A program made the position numbers and the translations under genes. Shown here one piece after another: positions 46,301 through 59,600 of a stretch of DNA of 64,000 nucleotides (position 1 is the first letter of the stretch; each line of letters opens with the position of its first letter). This DNA comes from a virus. Taxonomy: Duplodnaviria; Caudoviricetes. Where the stretch lies: the IMG/VR virus record IMGVR_UViG_3300020577_007420, positions 12,380 through 76,379 of that record. One strand, 5' to 3'. The notes under the pieces are model-generated. The model searched no databases. It was given only the letters and a program-made list of their open reading frames with translations, and had not been told where the DNA came from.

Positions 46301-49300
46301 TAGAAGTGCTCTTGCTTGTCCGATTCCAGCTTGTTGTTCAAATGTCTTCGGTCCAAAATTTATGGTATTAAGCTTATCACCCAATTCACCAAGATTTGGA
46401 GACGAACGTACTATATCTATTAGCTTCTTTAACTCAACATCAGATATATCCCCTGTTGCTTTAAATATCTCTTTTATCTTATCTTCAATATTCTTTATGT
46501 TTGCTTTAGCAAAATCTATACTCTCTCCATTTTTTAAATAGTTCTCATATTTAGTAAGAGCATCAGACATATATGAAATATATTGCAGTCCTGCAAGTAT
46601 AGAGAACCCAGCTACTGCAGCCGGATTTCCAGCTGTAGCATTTATATATGTCATTATATTTCTGGCATTAGCTCTAAACCAAGAAGAATCCTGTTCCAAT
46701 TGTTTGAACTCACTAATAAGAGTTTTATCAGAATCTAATTCTATAAACATTGCAGAGAACAGGTCAATCTCTCCTGATTCGGTATATAGATTTTTCTTTA
46801 GTCTTTTTTCAGTCTCTCTGATGTCTTCTAGTAAAAACTTATATGGAGTAAATTCTCCTGCACTAAACATCAGTTCAGAAATTTCATTATAAATCTCCTC
46901 TCTAACTTTCCAAAATTCCTCAGTAGGTCTATTTATCTTATAAATTGCATTATATGATTTCTCTAAATCATTTCTTATTTCTGAATCGGTTTTATTAGCA
47001 TAAAGTCTTGCCTCTTTAATTTTTGCAAGAGCATCGGATATTACCTTTTCTTTATGGTTAGCTCTGATTCTCTCTGTACCCTTCTCATCTACTGTATATA
47101 GTGCATCTACTTCTTCCATGAGTGCCTTATCCATAGGAGGCAAATCTTGTTGTAGACGACTTAGTTTTCTCTCAAGCATAGCCAACTCCATGGAATCCTT
47201 TATAAATGATTCTAAGTCCGAGAAATCAATATTTACACTATCCTCTATATTGAGCATAAATATTGATGAGTGTCTATTTCTAAGAGTTCTTATTCTTTGT
47301 TTCAGTATTTTTACCTGCTTTAATGTTTCTGAGTCACCTCTGTTTTCATTAAGTTTAGCAATAGTATCGTAATAGTAGTTAGTGTATGGCCTATTTGACC
47401 ATTCTTTCAAGAAGTTATTAAGTTCTTCTTTTTTATCGGCTATTTCTTTTTGTTTTTCTTTTATTTTAGCTACTATTTCTGCATCTCCGGGCTTCTCCAA
47501 CCAAGCTCTATTAAGGTTTCCTAAATCAGATTGCAGAGTACTTAATTCGTTTTGTATTACAGACTTGTCAAAAAAGAATTGAAACCTCTTTGTTTCAGAA
47601 AGAAATACACGAACCTCTCTCATTTTATCTTTAGCAGAAGGTGAGAATATAGGTTGCACATCTTGGAGCATATTATTTAAATCATACCACTCCATTCCTG
47701 TCTTCTTTTGTAGGGGTGTTATATCTCTCAGGAAAGAGATAGATTCTCCATATGCTATTGTTTTTCCCTTCAATATACTTTCGATAATAAACTTTACTGT
47801 AGTTGTTACAAGAGGGTCTTTCAATAAAGCTGGAGATGAACCAAAGAATATACCCATGTCTATATTATCTGTATCCAGTATGGGGCTCATATCTACTTTT
47901 AGACCTCCTCTCAACACCTCAAAATCTTTAAGATTTTCATCAAGCTTTCCTGTAGGATTAACATGAACAAATCTATTTAACCTATTTGTTAACATCTTCC
48001 AAACAGCTTCTTTATTAAGGAGTGGGTCAGAATATATTTGTTTTAATAGTGTATCTTTTAGCTTGCCATGTTCTGCCTCGTTGTATCCCTTAATAGTATT
48101 TTTTAATACATCTTCTGTCCAAGTTCCTGCATACTTTTGGATAAATGTAGTATAAAATCTCTTAAATTCCTCCTCTACTGTTGCTTCTACTTCCTTAAAA
48201 GTCAAGACCCCTTTCTCAATTACAGACTTAACCAAGTCGAGAAGTCTTTCTTTTTTTCTCATATCTTCGTCGGTTTCACCGGGAAACTTTAGCTTTAGGT
48301 CTCTAAGTAATACCTGCAACTCTTTGGTTAGCTTATCAAAATTCTGAGCCATGTTGGAGTAATCAGCTAACTCTCTCATGTTATTAAGAAAATCATCAGC
48401 TCCATTTTGTTTTGATAACATTACTTTTACTGCCTCTTTTATAGCATGAGGCAATACCTCAAATGCCTTATAAGATGCTGCTACATTCTCAAGAGCATTG
48501 ATAATTGATATATAACTGAATGTAGTATCAGAAAGCATTAACTTAAGAATATCATCTGCTGCCTTCATTCTATCAATAATAGCATATGCTTTATTAATAT
48601 CTCCATCCTGAAGCTCTTGTCTAAAAGCATCATATTTACTGTCCTTTAAATCTTCATTGAAAAGACGGCCAAGTCTATTCTTCATGGCAGATGTGAAGAT
48701 TTGGAGCTGCTTTACTACAGGTCCAAGTTCGTGGCCCTCTTCTTTATTATCTTCTACTATTGAGAAGAATATTGAATCATATGGAGTTGGAGCCCTTTTT
48801 AAGTCAAGCTGAGAGATGTCTTGGTTGATAATCTGCTGGGCAGCTTCCTTGAATGGGTTCTGGGTATGTTCATAGTATACAGGAACCTTTATGAAGAGCA
48901 GTTTTCTTATTGCCTTAAGGATACCATTTACCAATCTCTTTATAAAAGACCTTTTCTTACCATATTTTTCATCAGCTTTATCGGTAAATGCAGCATTTAC
49001 ATAATCTCCTATTAACTGGGCAGCTGCTTCTCTTTTGATTTTATCAATATCAGGTTTCCCGTTCTTTTGATAAAAGATATTATCCTTGTACTTTCTGTAT
49101 ACTTCAGCATATTTAGGAAGGTCTATTATAGACTTTAGCATCTCCTTCTTAAGAGGATGAGAATCTGGAAGCAATTCTAAAAAGAAGTGGGCAACTTCGT
49201 GTGGAATTTCCTCAAAAGTATCCCCAGCCTTTAGCATTATTATATAATCTGATATAAGTGAGACAGCCTTTGCATCTAAATCTGCAAACATTGAGACTCT

Positions 49301-49939
49301 TGCCTTAGGATTAAGCTTCTTCATAAACTTCATGAGCGTCTGAAGCTTTGGGTCTGCAAGCTCTCTGAAGTTTACCCAGTTATGCTCCTCGATAAGGTTT
49401 ACAGATATACCCATCTTTTTAATGTACTCCTCTCTTGCGTAAGCTGCAACTGTCTCAAAACCATCAGGGTCCATTGCAGCATATGCCATAGATAGATGTT
49501 TTGGGACATCCATCTTCCACTTATTAGGAGCAATTCTTACGAGTACATCTGCTTTAAAATCCTTATTTATTTTGTTTATAAAAGAAATATGAGGGGATTC
49601 CTTTCCTTCATACGGGAATAACTTCTTTGCAAGTCCTACTATATAGGGACTAGCTACATCAAGAGCCTCTGTCTCATCAACAGAAGCAGAATATGCCAGT
49701 TGTTTCAAGAACATAACTGGTTCATTTTCAAGGTATTCTCTATGACTTTCCTTTACTTCTCCAGAAAATTTCACAGCCTCATTTACAATATCCATGTTTG
49801 GCTCAAACATTACTTCTCCTATATCTTCGGAGGGTACAAGTGTATCTCCCTGAATAGAGAAAAGGTTCGTAGGAACCTGAGTTGCTATCTTTTCCTTTAT
49901 AGCGGAAGTAATTTTATCTATGTTAATTGAACACTTCAT
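43304..49939 (-). CDS. giant virion/ejection protein (2211 aa) with HExxH zincin-like motif
   Basis: IPHEVAHFF at 49187-49201; long helical body; third of the consecutive giant genes. Confidence 0.65.
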   Translation of the reverse strand: MKCSINIDKITSAIKEKIATQVPTNLFSIQGDTLVPSEDIGEVMFEPNMDIVNEAVKFSGEVKESHREYLENEPVMFLKQLAYSASVDETEALDVASPYIVGLAKKLFPYEGKESPHISFINKINKDFKADVLVRIAPNKWKMDVPKHLSMAYAAMDPDGFETVAAYAREEYIKKMGISVNLIEEHNWVNFRELADPKLQTLMKFMKKLNPKARVSMFADLDAKAVSLISDYIIMLKAGDTFEEIPHEVAHFFLELLPDSHPLKKEMLKSIIDLPKYAEVYRKYKDNIFYQKNGKPDIDKIKREAAAQLIGDYVNAAFTDKADEKYGKKRSFIKRLVNGILKAIRKLLFIKVPVYYEHTQNPFKEAAQQIINQDISQLDLKRAPTPYDSIFFSIVEDNKEEGHELGPVVKQLQIFTSAMKNRLGRLFNEDLKDSKYDAFRQELQDGDINKAYAIIDRMKAADDILKLMLSDTTFSYISIINALENVAASYKAFEVLPHAIKEAVKVMLSKQNGADDFLNNMRELADYSNMAQNFDKLTKELQVLLRDLKLKFPGETDEDMRKKERLLDLVKSVIEKGVLTFKEVEATVEEEFKRFYTTFIQKYAGTWTEDVLKNTIKGYNEAEHGKLKDTLLKQIYSDPLLNKEAVWKMLTNRLNRFVHVNPTGKLDENLKDFEVLRGGLKVDMSPILDTDNIDMGIFFGSSPALLKDPLVTTTVKFIIESILKGKTIAYGESISFLRDITPLQKKTGMEWYDLNNMLQDVQPIFSPSAKDKMREVRVFLSETKRFQFFFDKSVIQNELSTLQSDLGNLNRAWLEKPGDAEIVAKIKEKQKEIADKKEELNNFLKEWSNRPYTNYYYDTIAKLNENRGDSETLKQVKILKQRIRTLRNRHSSIFMLNIEDSVNIDFSDLESFIKDSMELAMLERKLSRLQQDLPPMDKALMEEVDALYTVDEKGTERIRANHKEKVISDALAKIKEARLYANKTDSEIRNDLEKSYNAIYKINRPTEEFWKVREEIYNEISELMFSAGEFTPYKFLLEDIRETEKRLKKNLYTESGEIDLFSAMFIELDSDKTLISEFKQLEQDSSWFRANARNIMTYINATAGNPAAVAGFSILAGLQYISYMSDALTKYENYLKNGESIDFAKANIKNIEDKIKEIFKATGDISDVELKKLIDIVRSSPNLGELGDKLNTINFGPKTFEQQAGIGQARALLAQYANTQTIADVPLLEGVQSIIDILLSNVPYIKSNARRENEDRLNELFAQLDEMAGRNVTHNYTMMMQSFLAYADQYLKDDTAYSSYKTAHQEAYDTFMKGKGDTLRAAVYDWEKLLGGREDGLFVAVVNYMANVSSERVSDASNKRTEKLEGFEKIKSEYKSNLLSALTEYLNNPKEETRQNYFNIFGEYLSNDEYDKSHVNKLATIIRDNLRNQKELKEKVEQEVNKFIDGYEESVEREYKLEELSAKNLAKLIEFYNDLHTTRIVRDDMNPDGYEQFSPLRLVTKFEPTDEKYYTEEYPKFLTYRVVKDEHRTEKIYDTDPRVISGQVSATVDINGNWLPLPKKGKYWNDKYHELKNNPSKRPVFELLEKLKLYSLQRQQELLEQDRFDLRIPAMRIDEYEEIKLLKNPKKAAKYAAGRTPFSGWFNAEKEARAELENIGLATQQVYDRFSGGAKSRTEDDDVKLQSIRNIPIDETSADAIAALTMFITDLNVYKQKNFAKPIVKAIRDMYISIHERSLAGKNRANLTKMLYDGLILDKIPESIFNLPQVANFVNFAMSIAGLKLAGDIVGSAVNVLSGEAQLIIESMIGDGAMDTFRKASTKSLEFFSAYEKDYFNAGEHGLHSQMIMAFNMLPGARNLQSLLSWKNMASGVRTYLMKIRSEPENALGIQTAITIIMRKSNIVDNNGRKLEFYDLYTLKDGVIALKDEYSYMKNDWDPVNGEQVKKLRSAVLQFYTLLHGNYYDHMQSWISRYSVGRAFEMMKKYMIPMLLNRYQGRVMDVFLERERIGNHRAFGKLLAAFVKGFIFGKDEEKEYYKWMASNPLYKHAARRSITEIALLILMGILIPMVFGYDDDDDERNKKLSKMSWEKQVAITIALRVQGELGTFIPLPVWGLGYMEMKRAIFDPFGAPKSAVDNMSAILKYSFQHLMGDTNDLYYKNKKKYNYWWDGIGAIKDKGDSKLMATLWNTIGYTGYTFEPAPYIMTFTQIQNKVR

Positions 49940-49942
49940 ATT

Positions 49943-50662
49943 TTAACATTTGATTTCAATAGAAGGAAGGTCACCCTCCTGCTCTGTATTATTTATTTGT
50001 GTATTAGTAATAGGAATGGTTGGTTCAGAAGGAACAGCTAGCAATTCATATCTTTCTTCTCCTTTGACGGCAAGTCCTGCTCTTACGAGCTTGTCCCACA
50101 TTCCAGTAGCTGAATCAGTCATTCTTTCTGCAAATTTATCACTTCTTAGGATTAATCCCAATTTATTTAATTCTGCCCCAGCTTTTATATAAGAAATTGC
50201 ACCAATTCCTCTGCCAGTATATCTGCTATCAATATTGCTCATCTCTACGTTGAAGTTACTACCATCAATGCTTCCGTAGATGTGACCTATCTTTTCTCCC
50301 AGATATGATATAAGCATGGTCCCCTCCTCACCAAGTTCTGTGATATTTATATCAATTTTGCTATCTAAATTATAAGGAATATTTACTATATTCTGAAATT
50401 CAGATACATCATCTATGGCAGAAAATGCACCCTCATTGGGAATTAGTTTCACAACATATCCATCTTTTGGGGATATATCTTGCCTCATAGAGAACAAGGA
50501 GCCATAATCTACAAAATAATTGGTTTTTGCAAGAGCTGTAAGCTTTTTTATTGCAGCTGAAACCTTATCAGTAGATGATGTTACGGTCATATTTTTATCA
50601 ATAAGACCCTTCTTCATGAGATATTTCTTTGCTGTATTTAATGAACAACTACTCATTAGCAC
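49943..50662 (-). CDS. protein with GNAT acetyltransferase-like domain
   Basis: IGHI...VEMSNIDSRYTGRGIG...Y...A..MWDKL. Confidence 0.55.
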   Translation of the reverse strand: MLMSSCSLNTAKKYLMKKGLIDKNMTVTSSTDKVSAAIKKLTALAKTNYFVDYGSLFSMRQDISPKDGYVVKLIPNEGAFSAIDDVSEFQNIVNIPYNLDSKIDINITELGEEGTMLISYLGEKIGHIYGSIDGSNFNVEMSNIDSRYTGRGIGAISYIKAGAELNKLGLILRSDKFAERMTDSATGMWDKLVRAGLAVKGEERYELLAVPSEPTIPITNTQINNTEQEGDLPSIEIKC

Positions 50663-53600
50663 TTAAGATTATCGTTTTTAGTAATTCTAAAACTGTTAAC
50701 ACCTCTTATTCCTCCCATTATTTTGGCAAGATTACTTCTAAACTGCTCAATTACAGGTGAGCTTCCGTAGCCTTTTTCTCCATAGATTGCACCAGTATAG
50801 TACTTATAGTAGTTATCTGGTACCTCTTTTTGTCTTGGATTCTTTGCCTTGAAAGAGGAAAGGGGGTCAAAATCTTCACCCATTGGATTTTCGATATATT
50901 GGTCAATATCATTATATGGAGAATAATCTTCCGTAATTTCCTCACCCTCCTCTGCCATTCTCTCCATTGCCTCTTGTCTCTTTTCTTCTGATTTTCTTTC
51001 CCAAACAGTTTGCTTGGTATACCATTCTATATCAGGATTCATTGCACGGAAAGCCTTTTTAAATCCATCCATAAATTGGTCGAGAAGAATAGCTTTTGCC
51101 TTTGCATCCAAAGGAACACTCACTGTGCCGTATTCTAGATATCTATGGAAATTATCAATAGAAGTTTCTATTATATGCTTCTTTAAATTAAAAGGAATTA
51201 GGTGTGAAAAAGATGAACCACCTCTATGTAGAATAGATGATTGGGCCACCAATCTAAGAGATAGTACTCGTATAAACTCTCTTATTTCTGCAATATTATC
51301 TCCATTCTTATATACATCCATTCTATCCTCACTTAAGAAGTCATTGATTTCTGGATACAGAGATATATCAAAGTCAATCAATTTCTCAAAATCTTCTCTG
51401 ATTGTTCTTTCTTCTATACTTCTTGTTACAGGGTCTGAGTTGATATTAAACTTTAGGAAGTACTGAGGAAGAGCATTTAATTTCTCAGCCAACGTATCTC
51501 TTTTCTTAGAAAATATTATAGGATGAGATATCTCTGTTGAAAGTAGTGAGAATATTTTTAAATCTCTTAATTCTGGATACTTTGCTTTAAATATATCAAT
51601 CTGCTCAGAGAACAGGTCACTGGACATCATCTTGCTGATTTTGATATGCTCTGGTAAATCTTTGAAATCTTTTCCTTCAAGTACATCTCTAAGTGATTCT
51701 TTTGCTCTTTGCTGATTGCTATCAGCAAGTCTCCATAGAGGAGTAATATCAAATTTAAATAGATTATATATAGTATCTACAGAGTTTCCAATTCTTGTAA
51801 CATAGAAATTCTTTACTATATTATCCATAAAGTCAACAAGTATCTTTTCTTCGATTCTTTTCTTTTCAACCTGAGAACCTCTAGTATCAAGCAGTACGTC
51901 TTTTACAATCTCATCATATCTCTTCATTAAGGGTATGTTACCTCTAAATAATTCAGGTGTTCTATTATCCAAAATTGCAGCCAACTGCTTGTCCTTATAG
52001 AACATGCTGTATATACTTTCATTCTTTAGCTTCTCTTCAAATTCTGGAGTAGAGAAATTACTTCCTAATCTTATAGCATCACCTAATACAACTCTTTGTA
52101 GGTCTGCTCTGGTTCCCATTTTAGAAGAAGCTCTATCTAATCTTGTTATCATAGATGAATAGAAAGCAGTTCCTGTTTGGTTTATTATACCATAATAGGC
52201 AACAATTGCCTTGGCCAAATCTGCATATTTAGGATTTTCCTGTAAGAATGATACAAGAGTTGCGTCCTTCTTCTTTCCTTTATATTCAACATAATCTCTT
52301 GTAAATTCTGTCATTTGTGTCTCATCAAGCTTCTCATCTCTTCCTAAATATTTACCAAAATAAGCAGCTGGAGATTTCAACATGAAATTAAAGTTGTTAT
52401 CTTGGTCATAGATATCTACATCCTCTGGAAGAAGTTTTTTAGTATAATCTCCAAAGAACTGTATATCTTTAGCTACTTGAATTATAGCATGCTTTGGCAT
52501 TGCAGATTGTCCAAATGATGCATATAAATTATGTATCTCCTGAACAACTGGGGTATTTAGGAATGTCAGAATTCTATCATTTGGAACCCCTTGGAATAAG
52601 AGGAATATCCAAGCATCAAGTGACATAGGAGCAACCCTTAAAGAAGGAAGAACTTCTGGTTTATTTATAGAGTCAATTGCTGCAGAAGCTATTTCTTGGA
52701 AGATTTTTGATATATATCCTCCATTTTCATCATATAAAGTAACTCTAAATCCTTCTGCCTCAGGGTTCTTATATAGAAGAGGTGTGCTTGTCACTACTTC
52801 GTATACATTTCCCTTTTTAACAGTAAACATTCCAGAGTGAGCAGCCATATCCTTAAAGGAACCAAGTTGGTACTTTGCTGGGAATGGATATCCCAAGTAA
52901 GCCAAGTTAGGCAAAACAGACCTACTCTTAACTGCCTTACCTAAGAATAACGCTCTCAATCTCATAAGACCATGGTCGTCGTAATTTTTGACTAATTTTA
53001 AATTATCTGAAGGGTCAAGAGGTGGCCTTGAATCAGAAACTTTTACATCTTTTCCTTGGACTAAACTCTGTATAGAGCTTCCAAATTTTTCAAGCTTTGC
53101 TGTAGAGTCAGATGTAACAAGATAGAGGAACATCTCTGGTCTTGTCCAGTAGTCTATTCCTGTACTTAGTATATCATTCAGAACTCCTTTTTTGTACAAT
53201 CTAACTCTCTTACGAAGGTCAAGTTGCTTACTTTTTAAGTCAGACGTAGGTTTACTTTTTGAATTCTTTCTGTCAAGATACTCATATAGTTGTTCTATCA
53301 ATTCTGGCTCTATTGATTTTTTTACCAGAGTTGCCAGCTTTGATTTTCCTTTTGAGAGACCTGCTATCTCATATACTCCATCTTGGAGCAGAAGCGTTAA
53401 ATCTTCATCTAGCTCATCTTCTGTCCAGCCTCTATTTGTATATACTCTCTTTTCTTTGAAAGCATCCTTTATTTTTGATAGCTCTACATCAGTACTCTGT
53501 ATATTTTCATCAGACTGTGTAGATTCTTCTTCTATCTTTTGTGTAACTTCTTCCAGCTCTTTTATTAGGTCAAAGTACCCCTTCTCATCTTTCTTTATAA

Positions 53601-56600
53601 GTTTTCCATTCTTAAGCTGTGGGAACTGAGTAATAATCTTATCAATGTCATTATCAGCACCACTGAATACATAAAACTCAGGTGGTAATACAATTACATC
53701 ACCCATACTTTCTGGAAGGAACTCGACAATTGTCATTGGTCCACCGAAGTTCAGTGCTTGGAAAGGAAGACGAATACCCATAAATGTAAGTGCTTCTTCA
53801 TTCTTCTTTCTCCATTCCTCATCTCTAAGGGCTTCATTTAATCTTCTTAATTCAAAGATTTGTCTTAGGTGGAAATTTTCTTTTGTTATTCCAATATCTC
53901 TTATCTTTTTTCCATCAGGATGCTCCAAATCAAGAAGAGAATAGAATTCTTTTCTAAATGAAATTTTTGCTTCCCAAGGATTTATACCTGTAACCTTTCC
54001 ATTCTTATCATACTTTAATGATATTGGTTTTAGTTTGTATGAGTATTTTATACCCCCTGTACCTACCTCAGAAGTCTGCACCAATCCTGAACCAGATATC
54101 TCGATTTCTCTGAAATTATCATCAATTATACCAACCAATAGGTCTGCAATTTCTTTCTGGAATGGAAGTGCCTCTAGATAGTTTATAAATGTTCCATCCA
54201 AGTTTGTATCGAGCTTTACTAATTCATCTTCTATCTCAATATTATTCTCAAGGAGTCTTTCTCTTATATAATCAGCAAACAGTGCTTTATCAAGAATTCT
54301 TCCATCGCTTGATAGTCCCATTCTTGACATAGCAGATGATGAATTGATACCAATAAGCTCTACAAGATTACCTATGTATTTACTATATGTTTTCTTTAAT
54401 CCAGCTAATTTTTGGAACTTATTATCACTTGAAGGTGCTAACTCTTCTACAATTTGTATTATTTCTGACATCAATGCTCTCAACTGTACAGCATACTTTA
54501 CAGAAGATTTTGGTGTTGTTGTATTCAGCTGAAGTTTATGGAAAGCTCCTGCGTGTTCAGAATAAGATAATTGTGCTCCTGTTTTTGGAACACTGATAAA
54601 TCCATTTTCATCTACCAGTTTTAATTTTTCTTTTACATAAACCTTACTACCTGTATCCATTACAGCATAGTCGATACCTTGTGATATCATTTTAAGGAAT
54701 AAGTCTCTCATCTCAGAATCTGCATCAAATTCTGCAAGAAGCATTCTTAATCCCATTTTATCAAAAACTGGCTGATAAGGAGCACCTTCTTCGTGGTATA
54801 CTGGGCCAGTTGTAGCATCCTTTAATGCAGAAAACTTAGAGTGAGTTCTTGACATTATTGTCTTCTCTTCATCACTAAGTTGTGGTCTATTGAAGAAGAA
54901 ATACTTAAATAGTATCATTTGTCTTTGGAACTCGTAGCTGGCCTCTTCACTCCACAATGAGTCTTTCATTCTCATAAGACGAGCGGTATCTGGGTTTATC
55001 CACCCTGCAGCATCAGCTAGCTTCATCTTCTCAAGTCCCTTTAGAGATGAGGTATACATTGGGTCTTCTTTAATTTGTTCCTCTGTAAGCTCTAATCCAT
55101 AAATATCCTTGAATACCTGTTGTAAGTTCTTAACTAATTGATTACCAGTAAGTAATGAACTTTGTGCTTCTTTATCTTGTATTACAATCTTTCTTATTAA
55201 ATCATATCTATCTTTACCCTTATTCTTAGCATCTTTATTGATTTGATTCCAAATAGCTTGGTGTGAAGAAACATTCATAAGATGAGTATAAAACTCAGAT
55301 ACTGTTTCTCCAAATAGGGCAATTGACCCATTATTTGCTACAATCTTTCTTCTCTTAAGTGGGTCAGCATAGTAATGATATTCACCAAAGAACAATATAG
55401 AGTCTTCCATGACTTGGATGAAGTCGTTGGCTATAATGTCTATTACAGCCTTTTTGGTAAGACGAATTTCATTTCCTTCTCTTGTTGTGATTCCCATCAA
55501 TCTTCTGTTAGCCTCAGAGTTGATATTAGAAATCGTATCAAGAGCTTTTAAGCTATTATTAGATAAGATTTTATAGATTTCCTTAGAGTAAGCATCCTCG
55601 TTACTAAATGCAACTCCTTCAAAATAATCGTTTATCTCGCTCTCTATTTTATAGTAAAGAGTAGGGTTATCAACCTTAAGTTGATATGATAGGGTATTAA
55701 GGTCTCCCTTAAATGATTTTATAAACTCTTTAAGTTCTTTTACACTATTAGGAATCATCTTATCAAAGACTCCTAGGTTGTTTCTAAGGGTCTCTGATTG
55801 CTTGAATTGTCCTGCTTCATCAGGATTATCTTGGTAATATTTATATCCCCACGCTGCATGTTGGATATATGCCCATACCCTGTTTGTAAACTGTACATCA
55901 GAAAATGACTCAAGATTATCTACTGGTTTTATGAATCTTCTCTGACCACTTGTTTTATCAACAAGACCAACTCTCCAAGAGCTAGTAGATATCTCAACTC
56001 TTCTGGTTTCTGTCCATCCTTCTGATAAGGACATTAGGATATCTACTAGAAGTTTTTTATCTACATCCTGCTCTACAAGATTAAAGTTCTCAATAACCTT
56101 TGCTCCAGTATCCAGTTCATCTATTATATGAACTACTCCAATTGTAGATAATCCTAATCCACGGGTATCTGATTTTTCCCCACTAAATGGATTAAATATA
56201 TTAGAGAATATATATGAGTTAAGAATTGCAGGATTCTTTATTGGGTCAAGGTGAGACAGAGAGGGATACTTTGCAAAGTCACTAAAAGATACTACATGGT
56301 TATTTAAAAGATTGGACACATGAGAATATAAGCTAGGTCTAAAGTATCCCCAGCTCCTGTCTTCTCCAACAATCAGAGAACCTGATGAAAAGTTCTTATG
56401 ATAGGACTTCTGAATCTTTGCTAATTCCTTGAATACTCTGAATGCAGATGCCATTGGTCTGTATCTTTTTACAGATAAGATAGCCGGGTCCTTTCCATCA
56501 AGAAGTATTTTATTTACGGGATTATCATAAAATAGTCTGCTTACATATGGTTTCAGTTGTTCCTCAATATCTACAAGTTGAACTGATAATCTTGGAGTAT

Positions 56601-59600
56601 CTACACTCTTCTCGTTTATTTTTTGTATTATAGCTTTTCTTTCTGCAAGAAGTGCCTTTATATTAGGCACACTTCTGTCATTGTAGTTATCATTATATAA
56701 CGTAACTGCTCTATCAATGAGAAGCTTTTGAGATGCTTCCATTACATTCTTGATAATAGGAAGAACTCTTCTATTAATAATATCTATATTCTTACTATGA
56801 AGAACTATGTTTTCATTTAGATTTACACCTAATGTTTTGAACAGATTTAATATCTCATCACCTACTAGCGAGGTTCTTGTCTTTAACCACTCTAGAGAGA
56901 AAGGATTGAAATAGTATGTCTGATAAACATAGTCGTATAAAAGGACATCAGAACCAAGTGCCTTTTTTATTGATTCCTCAGAGAAGTTTTCACGCTTTTG
57001 TATAAAAATATCAGATAATAGGTCATATATTGAAACCTTTTTGCGTGTATCCTTTGCAGAATTTGTCTGAAATCCTCTGGAGAATTCATCAATTATAGAG
57101 TAGATTATAGCCTCCTCGTTGTCTATTGTATAGACTGCGGGTGCGGTTGCCTTTACTTCGTTACCAGATTCCGTAAATGTAGACTCTACTGTCTTATTGA
57201 TAATAAAGTTGTCACTATCTACAAAAGTAGACTGGAACAGACTTTCGAAGTGAAATAAGAATTTAAGGAGTTGCTCGTATTTAACCTTATCTACAATCTT
57301 ACTGTTTATATCCAGCTTTTCCTTCATCTCCCTCATTCTGGGAATTAAACCTCTTTTGACGTAGGGAGAACTCTCGGATGTACCTATAAGTCTATCTATT
57401 ATCTGAAAAGCCTCAGGAAACTTTGCAAAGTTTTCTGGATTTTCTAATCTCTTGATTATATCATCTATAGAAATTGCCCCATTTACAAGCTCAAGGGTCT
57501 TATAGAATGCTTCTCTTGGAGAAAGAGTTTCTGGAAAACCAGATTTTGTAAAATCAAATATTGCATTTCGTGCATCTCTTATATCCTCCTCAGATGTATA
57601 ATTCTTATGAGCAAGCATAGCAGTATCTCTTTGAGTTATAGATACTGTTGGTAATACTCTTCTTATTCCAACAAAGAAGTCTAAAATCTCATCACTTGCC
57701 AGAGCATGGATTGCATACTTATTACCGGGATTATTAAAATCACCATCCTTACTGTTTGCTTCGTCAAATTCTTCAGAAATATCTCCTTCTGTGTTTTCAG
57801 CTATAAGTTTATCAATCTCAACCTCTTCTAGAAGAAGTTCTCTTATTTCTTCTGAGTAGTCTTTACTTAATACATTAAACGTCTTAAACTGAGAGTACTT
57901 CATATAATAGTATACAAAGTCTCCAAATATTTTACTTTCTTGCCCGTCTTTTATTACACTATCTATTGCGTCTATGGCAATCTGCAAACCGCTCTTCCCT
58001 TTTTTATCCTCGGTTACACTAAGTTCGTCAGATAAAATATCTCTGTATAACTCTAGGCTTTTATATATTTCTGGTCGTATTGTTTCTTTAATACCTTTTT
58101 CATTAGCAAGCTCCTGAGCAATATATCCATTTTCTGATAAGAACTGAGAGATTCTTGTATCCGATAAGTTTCTCAACTCAATGAACATCTCATTGCTCAT
58201 TTCTTGACCCTTAAATAAGGAAGCAAGTTTGTTGAAGAATACGTTATCCGATGAGTAGTTATTTCTACTAAATGAATTATTATACAGATTTTGGAACAAT
58301 TCTATAACAAACTGCTCACCTCTTGTTTCATAAAATCCAAATAATCTCTTTAGAAAATCCCACATCTTCTGGAAGATATTCTTTACCTTTTTGTTTTCAG
58401 GTCTCGAATACTTTACTCCAGACAGAAGATTATATGCAGATGGGTTTTTGGCAAACTTACGGAATTCTTCAGCTAAGAATTCTTCTATATGAAAGAAGGA
58501 TGCGTCTTTTGTATTCATTTTTCTTCCATCTCTTGATGTAAATGGAATTTCTGCATCCTGAACTGCTTTATATAAAGCTGTCTTTTCTTGTTTTGTAAGA
58601 TAGAATTGAGAAAATCTATGCCACCCTTCATGGAAGTGGGCACCCTTATTAACCTTACTATAAAAGTTAATAGCATCCATTAACATCTCAGCACCATTAG
58701 ATGAGTTGATACTTCTTATGATATTAACTCTACCCTTTAGTTCTGGAAATCTCTCCTCTACCCATTCAACATATGAGTCAAGGTCTTCCTCACTAGCAAT
58801 AGGTTCTTTATCGGAGAAAGACATAAATAACTTTCTACGAGTAGCAGCTCTTATAGTAGAAGGTTGAATTTTTTCATAATGCTTTTTAAATATCTCCTCA
58901 AAACTATTTCTTCTTTCCTTGAGCTTATCCTCAGAGATAGTATTAAATTCTTTTTTAGAGAACAAAGAAAGGGATAGTCTATATGCTTGTTTTAGACCAG
59001 TTGCATCTTTATGTGTTTCTGTAATAAAGTAATTAACCACAAATGCAGCAGTCTTTCCAGATGATTTTAATCCCGGAACATTTGATAAAGCATTATCGTA
59101 GTAAGAAGTTTGAAGTGCAAAACTCTCTCCCTTAATAGAGGTATACTTGTTTGTTAACTTAATATCAATTACTGTATATGTTCCGTCTGGTTTTATAGCC
59201 AGCAAGTCAAGTTCACCCACAATTCCCATTGATTGAGAATAAAGACGAACAGTTTTTTCATCTTTGGATAGGTCTGTTATGTATGAATCTGGAAATTCGT
59301 TCCTGATTTTATTTATAAGAATAATAGTATTATCTATTATCTCATTTAGATAGTTCAATTGAAGGTCTGTTAATTGTGACATTTCCTCGTCTTCTACCAC
59401 ACGTTTCTTAACATCTTCATCTACAGGAATTAGCTCTTTTGGATTATTTGAGAAGGTCTTGAATAGTTCACGAATTTTATCATCTATGAACATATCCTTT
59501 TTAAATTCCTCATAATCCTTTGGATTTCTGAAGAAATTTCTAACCAGTCTATCTACAATGTTACCTGCAATGATATTTGCAGTATCAGAAGTAGCCGTAG

